From an uncultured bacterium (GTDB lineage: Bacteria; Lernaellota; Lernaellaia; Lernaellales; Lernaellaceae): a stretch of DNA of 17,734 bases. The stretch spans positions 1-17,734 of the forward strand of contig CAZHPN010000132.1 of NCBI GenBank assembly GCA_964534375.1, read 5' to 3'. The notes beneath the pieces were generated by a model. That model did not search any database, was not told the DNA's origin, and worked only from the letters and a program-made list of their open reading frames with translations. This document shows, piece by piece, positions 15,707-17,734 of the stretch (positions within the stretch are counted from its first letter, which is position 1; each line of letters starts with the position of its first letter). A program made the translations under genes and the position numbers.

Positions 15707-17512
15707 ATGGCGGAAACGCAACGCGCGACGAACATAGCCGCAACGCTCGCGGCGCCGCGAAACTGGACGACGTCGCGCGTTTTCTGGACGGCCCTGGCCG
15801 CGCTGTTCGCCGCCGGCTTGCTCCTGCCCGCGGCCGGCTCGGTCGACGACACGTTCATCACCTTTCGCTACGCCGAGAACCTCATCCGCGGCCACGGTCT
15901 GTGTTTCAATCCGGGCGAAATCATCGAAGGCTACACGAGTTTCGGCCAACTGCTGCTCGTCGCGCCGTTTGCCGCGGCCAAGTGGCTGGTCGGCCCGTGG
16001 GCCTTGGCGCTCGGGCTCGCCGCGTGGGCGGGCGTCGTCGCGCTGGCCTGGCGGCGAATGGCGCAGGAACTGGGCGGCCGCCCGCCCGCCTTCGCCGAGC
16101 GGCTCGCGCTGCTTTACCTGACGCTCTGCCTGCCCGCGGCGACGTGGGCCTGGTCGGGGATGGAGCCGGCGCTGCTCGCTTTCGCGTGGCTCGCCGCCTG
16201 GACGGCGCATCTGCGCGAATACGAGGCGAACCGCTGGCCGTGGCGTTCCGGCCTGCTGACGTTCGCGGCCGGCCTGCTGCACCCCGAGGGCGTGCTGATC
16301 GGCCTCGCCCTCGGCATTTCGTGGTTCTGGCCGTTGAAAAGCGGCAAAGCGGCCCGCGGCCTCGCCTGCGGGGCAATCGGCGGCGGCCTCTTCGCGCTGT
16401 ACTGGCTCGGGCGGTGGCGTTATTTCGGCGACTTCATGCCGAACACGTTTTACGCCAAAGTCGGCGGGCATTGGCCGTGGCGCGCCGGTCTGCAGTACGT
16501 CGTCGACGCCGCCGTTTCCGGGCTCGCGCCGCTGCTGCTCATCGGTCTGGTGGCCGCCGAGTTGAAAAACCGGCGCCGCTGGCCGCGCTGGCTGGTTCTG
16601 GCGCTGGCGATCGTGGCCGTGCTCGTCGGCTACAACGTGCTGATCGGCGGCGACTACTTCGCGTTCAATCGCTTCCTGGTTCCGGCGCTCCCGTTTCTGG
16701 TTCTCGCGACGTGGCGTTTGTGGCGCGATCGCCGGCCGGCTGCCGCGCTTGGCGCCGCGCCGCCGCCGCGTCATCCGTGGCTGCGGCCGGCGGCGGTCAT
16801 GGTTCCCGTGCTGCTCTGGTCCGCTTTCATCCCGCATCTGCAGTTCGTCGAGCATCTTTTTTTCCACCGGGCCGTCGCCGAGAACGTCAAAGCCGGCCGG
16901 ATGTTCCGGCGCAGCGTGCCGCGCGACGCGCTGGTCGCCACGATTCCCATCGGCGCCTTCGGGTATTTTTCCGAAGCGCGGATTCTCGACATGATGGGCC
17001 TGACCGACAAGCACATCGCCCGCTTGGATGTCGCGACGGGCCGCGGCGCCGCCGGCCACGAAAAATACGATTACGCCTACGTCTTCGGCCGCCGGCCGGA
17101 TATCATCATGCAATTGCCGCTGCTGTTCCCCGGCGACGAGGCCGGGATGCGCGCCTGGCTGCGGCAGAGCACGATTTCGATCCAGCAATATGCGATCTAC
17201 GACCGGCCCGAGTTGGCGCGCGATTACGAACTCTGTTGGCATTTCGTGGAGCATCGCGCCCCGACCGCCTGGCGGCGCGGCGCCGCGCCGGTCGACCTCG
17301 GCGTGTTCGCGTACCTCCGCAAAGATCACCTCGCCCAGGCGCCGTACTGGGATTGGAAACAGTTCCGGCCCGACGTGGCAGCGCTGCCGTTTCGCGAGGG
17401 GCCGAACTATATCGCGGCCAACCGGCGGCTCCTCGGCCGCTTCACGCTCGGCAATTTCCACTTCGTGGACGAGCCGCTGCGCGCCGGCCCCGCCGCGACG
17501 CCCGCCTCGTGA
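15707..17512 (+). CDS. Polytopic GT-C glycosyltransferase, AftB (arabinofuranosyltransferase)-like family
   Basis: VDDTFITFRYAENLIRGHGLCFNPGEIIEGYTS, SGME, HPEG, YFGDFMPNTFYAK, GGDY..NRFL, DMMGLTD and GHEK follow the conserved motif order of AftB-type proteins. ATG at 15707 follows AAGGA. Confidence 0.75.
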   Translation: MAETQRATNIAATLAAPRNWTTSRVFWTALAALFAAGLLLPAAGSVDDTFITFRYAENLIRGHGLCFNPGEIIEGYTSFGQLLLVAPFAAAKWLVGPWALALGLAAWAGVVALAWRRMAQELGGRPPAFAERLALLYLTLCLPAATWAWSGMEPALLAFAWLAAWTAHLREYEANRWPWRSGLLTFAAGLLHPEGVLIGLALGISWFWPLKSGKAARGLACGAIGGGLFALYWLGRWRYFGDFMPNTFYAKVGGHWPWRAGLQYVVDAAVSGLAPLLLIGLVAAELKNRRRWPRWLVLALAIVAVLVGYNVLIGGDYFAFNRFLVPALPFLVLATWRLWRDRRPAAALGAAPPPRHPWLRPAAVMVPVLLWSAFIPHLQFVEHLFFHRAVAENVKAGRMFRRSVPRDALVATIPIGAFGYFSEARILDMMGLTDKHIARLDVATGRGAAGHEKYDYAYVFGRRPDIIMQLPLLFPGDEAGMRAWLRQSTISIQQYAIYDRPELARDYELCWHFVEHRAPTAWRRGAAPVDLGVFAYLRKDHLAQAPYWDWKQFRPDVAALPFREGPNYIAANRRLLGRFTLGNFHFVDEPLRAGPAATPAS

Positions 17513-17586
17513 CCGCGGCCGCGCTTTTCAATCGCGAGGCGGCAGGGCAAGATGGGCGCGGTCGTTTTCCCGAAGACGGACAGTCG

Positions 17587-17734
17587 ATGAACCTGGGCGT
17601 TTATTGCGAAACCCTGCCGCCCGAAACGCTCGCCGCGCCGGACGTCCTCCGCCTGCTCGGCGAACGCGGCGTCACCCTCGCCCAGGCCGTGCGCTTCGAC
17701 AACACGAACGCCGCTTTCGACGCCGCGCGCTTCT
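17587..17734 (+). CDS. Hypothetical protein, N-terminal fragment running off the window
   Basis: ATG at 17587 and open to the window end (MNLGVYCETLPPETLAAPDVLRLLGERGVTLAQAVRFD...), with GC3-rich codons. Confidence 0.6.
   Translation, partial: MNLGVYCETLPPETLAAPDVLRLLGERGVTLAQAVRFDNTNAAFDAARF

Overview
GC-rich bacterial chromosomal segment, probably from a diderm of the Myxococcota/deltaproteobacteria-like group (inferred from gene content and the style of the T2SS genes). The + strand at left carries a partial 7-repeat WG..DVF.VG beta-propeller protein, a long monofunctional GT51 transglycosylase with a large beta-rich N-terminal extension, a GT-C-like membrane protein, a lipoprotein, an RlmI-type rRNA methyltransferase and a small hypothetical protein. 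The - strand centre is a partial type II secretion operon, gspF-G-G'-G-H-I-J-K, with no gspC/D/E/L/M/N. The + strand at right carries RNase Z, a FitA/VapC-type toxin-antitoxin pair with a clear promoter and operator, an AftB-like GT-C membrane protein and a truncated CDS. The most unusual part is the pseudopilus locus. It has three tandem major pseudopilin paralogues. Two are almost identical except for one hypervariable loop, and the middle one has an intact frame but has lost the prepilin peptidase motif (G-1 to T, E+5 to K). All four minor pseudopilins end in Ser/Gly/Thr-rich tails, three of them encoded by tandem repeats. Hairpins sit in the operon leader and between the gspG copies. No rRNA, tRNA, CRISPR array, transposase or integrase was seen.
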